A stretch of DNA of 64,000 nt from Octopus sinensis (Eukaryota), in contig NC_042999.1 in the NCBI RefSeq assembly GCF_006345805.1, positions 52,762,001 through 52,826,000 of the forward strand, written 5' to 3'. Numbering within the stretch: position 1 is the stretch's first letter; each line of letters starts with the position of its first letter. The notes beneath the pieces are model-generated. The model had not been told where the DNA came from, searched no databases, and saw only the letters and a program-made list of their open reading frames with translations. Made by a program: the position numbers and the translations under genes. Below are positions 62,006 to 64,000 of this stretch, in pieces.

Positions 62006-64000
62006 ATTTCTCACCTTCTCGAGCGTCAAACTAATACTCCTTCTTGTAGTTTATACACCCGTCTTCGCCTTTTGTTTTCCTGTAAATTTCAACTATATAT
62101 ATGTAGGTGAAAACTAAACTGATTGCCGAAGCATCAACAATGATACAACTTTCCCTGATTTTATTTCAATTATTTTCAGTAGTCGACTCAATGTCTGAAA
62201 TGTATTCGGTATGTTATTATGATCATTGAAATTGGCCTTAGATTCTGAGTACGGATGTAATCATATCGGCATTCCGTTTCTATTCGCTGGTTTTTCCACC
62301 ATCAAGCACCGGAAAATTATACTGCAGATTCTTATCACTAATTTGAATTGTAATAAATGGGAAATAAAGTGAAATGAGATATCATGGAAGACACAAAGAT
62401 ATTAAATCTTAATTTCAATATATTTAAACTTTTGATTTACAATATTCAAAAATAAATGCTCACTACCTCGATAAAAATGAGAAATATCTCATAAAACTAT
62501 AAATATAATTTCAAAATGTTTGAAAGCAGTAACAAAATATATGAATTCTAGATTACGTTTAGTAGAGAAAAATTATCATTGTGGCTTCGTGTTAATTAAC
62601 AATAACAAAATTTGAAACGGTGGAATTGGTCGCCTTTCATGTTTTATACGCAAGCGAAAAGTAAACAGTAAGAAAAACAAAAATATAGTTGGATATATAA
62701 TTTTAACATTTTGGACCAATAAAGCATTCGAGTCCCAGCCAGACGTGGAGTTCAGGAATATGTTAATGTAAACAATTTACTAATATTTTACGTGATTATA
62801 TATATATTCATTATAACATCAGGTCATATATTATCTACAATTTTTTTACAGGTTCTTAAAATTAAATATATTCGCATAACAATGTATATGTGAATCCCTA
62901 TAACGTAGAGGCTAAGCTAGTTTAAACATCATTTGATATAAAGGACTATGAGTACAGTTCCAGTCTGAGCGGTGACACAATGTAAAAGGGAGTTTGCGTT
63001 GAGTTAAGGCTATATAAGGAACAAAATATCGTGCACTGAACAAATTAGAAGACAGAAGTCAGGCATGAACTCGAAATAAACTGCAAATAGAAGAGGGACG
63101 CAATATTTGACGTGTGTGTAAACCAAAAGCCGAAAAACTGGCATATTACAGCATAAGAGAAAAATAATACATGAAATTTCTCATTCGTGAATCTTCAAAT
63201 AAAGTGACAGCGATGTCGAACACGCTCTGACGCTTCTAATACGTTCAGTTGTGTCAATAGCTTGTTTCTAAATTTACAAGGGAAATGCTGCAGAACAAGA
63301 CGTTGAATTAAACATCACTTGCACAAGTTTAAGTAAACTTATGATAACTTTGTTTGTCATTGCGTCACTTAAACCGTCTCTAACGCTTTCATGTGATTAG
63401 AGGAAAAGAGGGAGGGAGAAAAGACGGAGGGAGAAAAGAAGGAGAGAAAAGTAGGAGTGGAAAGCGTCTATGATGTTTGATGGAGAGGATGTAATTATAA
63501 CACTTTCACGTGATTAGTTGAAAGGAAAGAGAAGAAAACGAAAAGGAGTGAGAAAGAGAGGATGAAGCAAAGATTCAGAGAGAGAAAGTAAAAGGAAAGG
63601 GAAGCATTCATGACGTGAGGTAGGAGGAAGATGAGGAGAATTAAAAGTATAACTTTAGCAGAGGGGTGTTGTCTTGATGGTGAGGTTAAAGAAAGGTAGA
63701 GAGAGAGGAGGATGATAAGGTGGGGTGGTAATTGGATTGTGCATTTAAAAAAAAATTGAAAAGTATATTTTTTAAAACTGAACCAAGTTTTTTTTTATAT
63801 CACCTATCGTTTAAGTACAATTCCGTGGAATATTCACGCTTATTCGCGTGTCAGATATACGCAATTTAACTAAAGGTTGTATCATATTTAGTAGATATTG
63901 AGTGAAAGTGGAAAAATAAGAGTGAATATTTATTTTATGAGTGTTGTGTATGAAGTCTATAAAACTGTGCATAAAGTATATAAAGTGTATATATAAAGTG

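Overview
AT-rich, repeat-dense animal genomic DNA. The SINE families, microsatellites and LINE/PLE types look like a coleoid cephalopod, probably Octopus (inference). One host gene can be assembled by hand: a secreted astacin (M12A) zinc metalloprotease on the minus strand. It has 7 phase-consistent GT-AG exons (47044-46964, 32629-32596, 30198-30135, 16638-16553, 10402-10279, 3882-3816, 719-522; 218 codons) and probably continues past the left edge. Its introns and upstream region hold Penelope-like elements (PLEs; RT + C-terminal GIY-YIG), R4/Dong-like RLE LINEs, CR1/L2- and RTE-like LINEs, Tc1/mariner and Helitron remnants, and three tRNA-derived SINE families. Four signals stand out. (i) Two divergent PLE families share CAACCATTTTTTAGA, joining an upstream ORF1 to the RT ORF by an apparent -1 ribosomal frameshift. 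(ii) About a dozen minimal type I hammerhead ribozyme motifs sit in PLE termini, many with a compensatory U3-A8 core. (iii) There are short fold-back, ribozyme-carrying mini-elements. (iv) Several ribozymes and long inverted repeats lie on the astacin pre-mRNA strand. All calls are by eye; no database searches were run.
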